From assembly GCA_012026655.1 (NCBI GenBank), contig JAAILG010000767.1, positions 160 to 64,000 on the forward strand: DNA of 63,841 nucleotides, read 5' to 3'. The notes beneath the pieces are model-generated. The model was not told the origin of the DNA and did no database searches. It saw only the letters and a list, made by a program, of their open reading frames with translations. Numbering within the stretch: position 1 is the first letter of the stretch; every line of letters begins with the position of its first letter. Below, one piece after another: positions 62,995 to 63,841 of this stretch. The position numbers and the translations under genes are program-made. This DNA comes from Hydrolagus affinis (Eukaryota).

Positions 62995-63841
62995 GTAAGC
63001 AGCGGCAGCGCAAAACCCAATCGATAATTGGCTGTGGGAGTCTCTCCTGGTGGACGGCAATGAGTTCATATACAAATACACAACTACATCTATTGCCCCG
63101 AATGACAAACTATTATCACTCGACACAAGAATCCAAGAGGATAAATTTTTCCACAGATTATACTTCTGATTTTTATGAAACATATCCTGTGAATTACTTA
63201 AACCTTCCTTGATGTGAATGGGTACAACTCACTCTTTTATTAAACGCAACACTTGGATCTGCTTCTTAACAACTGCATATTTATCTGCGGTAAATTGTCC
63301 TATAAATGAAACCCTTCACTGCATATCGATATCAAATCGATTTCACAGCCAAATCGATTGTCCCTTGACTTATTCGGTGTAGGTTTGATCTCCAGGCATC
63401 AAAAGCTAGTCTCTTTAAACCAATGGCAGTTTTGTCACTGAGTTGAATGAAGAGAATATTGCTCAAATTGCCAACTCAAGTTGTGTCGTTCTGGAAAAGC
63501 ACGATCAGTTTGAATGCTTTTATATCATCCCTTTCTCAAAGGAAAATTGATTGATGTGGCTGCTTAACTAGCCCGAAAGCATACGTTTAAACATGTATAT
63601 GTCAGGAAAGTATTTTTGATCACAGTCTTATTAATGCACCAAGAAAGCAGCACTGCTGGTTGCTAAAAGATCACAACTGCAGATATCCAAAACGATCAAT
63701 GTCAGCTGTAAAGCTGCTGTTCTCATTTTGTTTGTTCACTTGTCATCTGGGAAGTTAAGGGCTGTTTGTGACATCGTACGATATTCGGTCATTTTATTGG
63801 ATAAACCCGCAGTAAATATTGAAAACGCAGCATTGTTCGTT

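Noticed and set aside
62995-63212. Read-through ORF 62925..63212 as an alternative C-terminus
   Set aside because: Similarity to CSTPP1 ends exactly at the strong gtaagc donor; the extension looks like chance open intron.
1-63841. CRISPR-like array of recurring repeats
   Set aside because: The repeats are dispersed, in both orientations and irregularly spaced, in a eukaryotic intron context with no cas genes.

Overview
AT-rich, repeat-dense vertebrate genomic DNA. The repeat set (tRNA-headed Deu-domain SINEs, CR1, L2 and Penelope-like ends) points to a cartilaginous fish, probably a holocephalan such as Callorhinchus milii; this is an inference. The whole window lies inside one + strand gene, CSTPP1 (C11orf49). 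Six internal coding exons (17972-18071, 40288-40418, 51640-51724, 57729-57814, 59390-59582, 62885-62994) splice via canonical GT-AG into one 705-nt open frame. I found neither the first coding exon nor the last exons, which probably lie outside the window. Nearly all ORFs in the supplied track are chance or repeat-derived. There is one 100-N assembly gap (24026-24125). I see no convincing new multi-gene system. The best leads are Penelope-type ends carrying degenerate minimal hammerhead ribozyme motifs (one within a ~70-bp-arm hairpin), a locally templated insertion with a 9-bp duplication, candidate unannotated or poison exons in the upstream intron, and several repeat-free, CpG-retaining candidate conserved enhancers. 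Repeat boundaries are approximate; exon boundaries were counted base by base.
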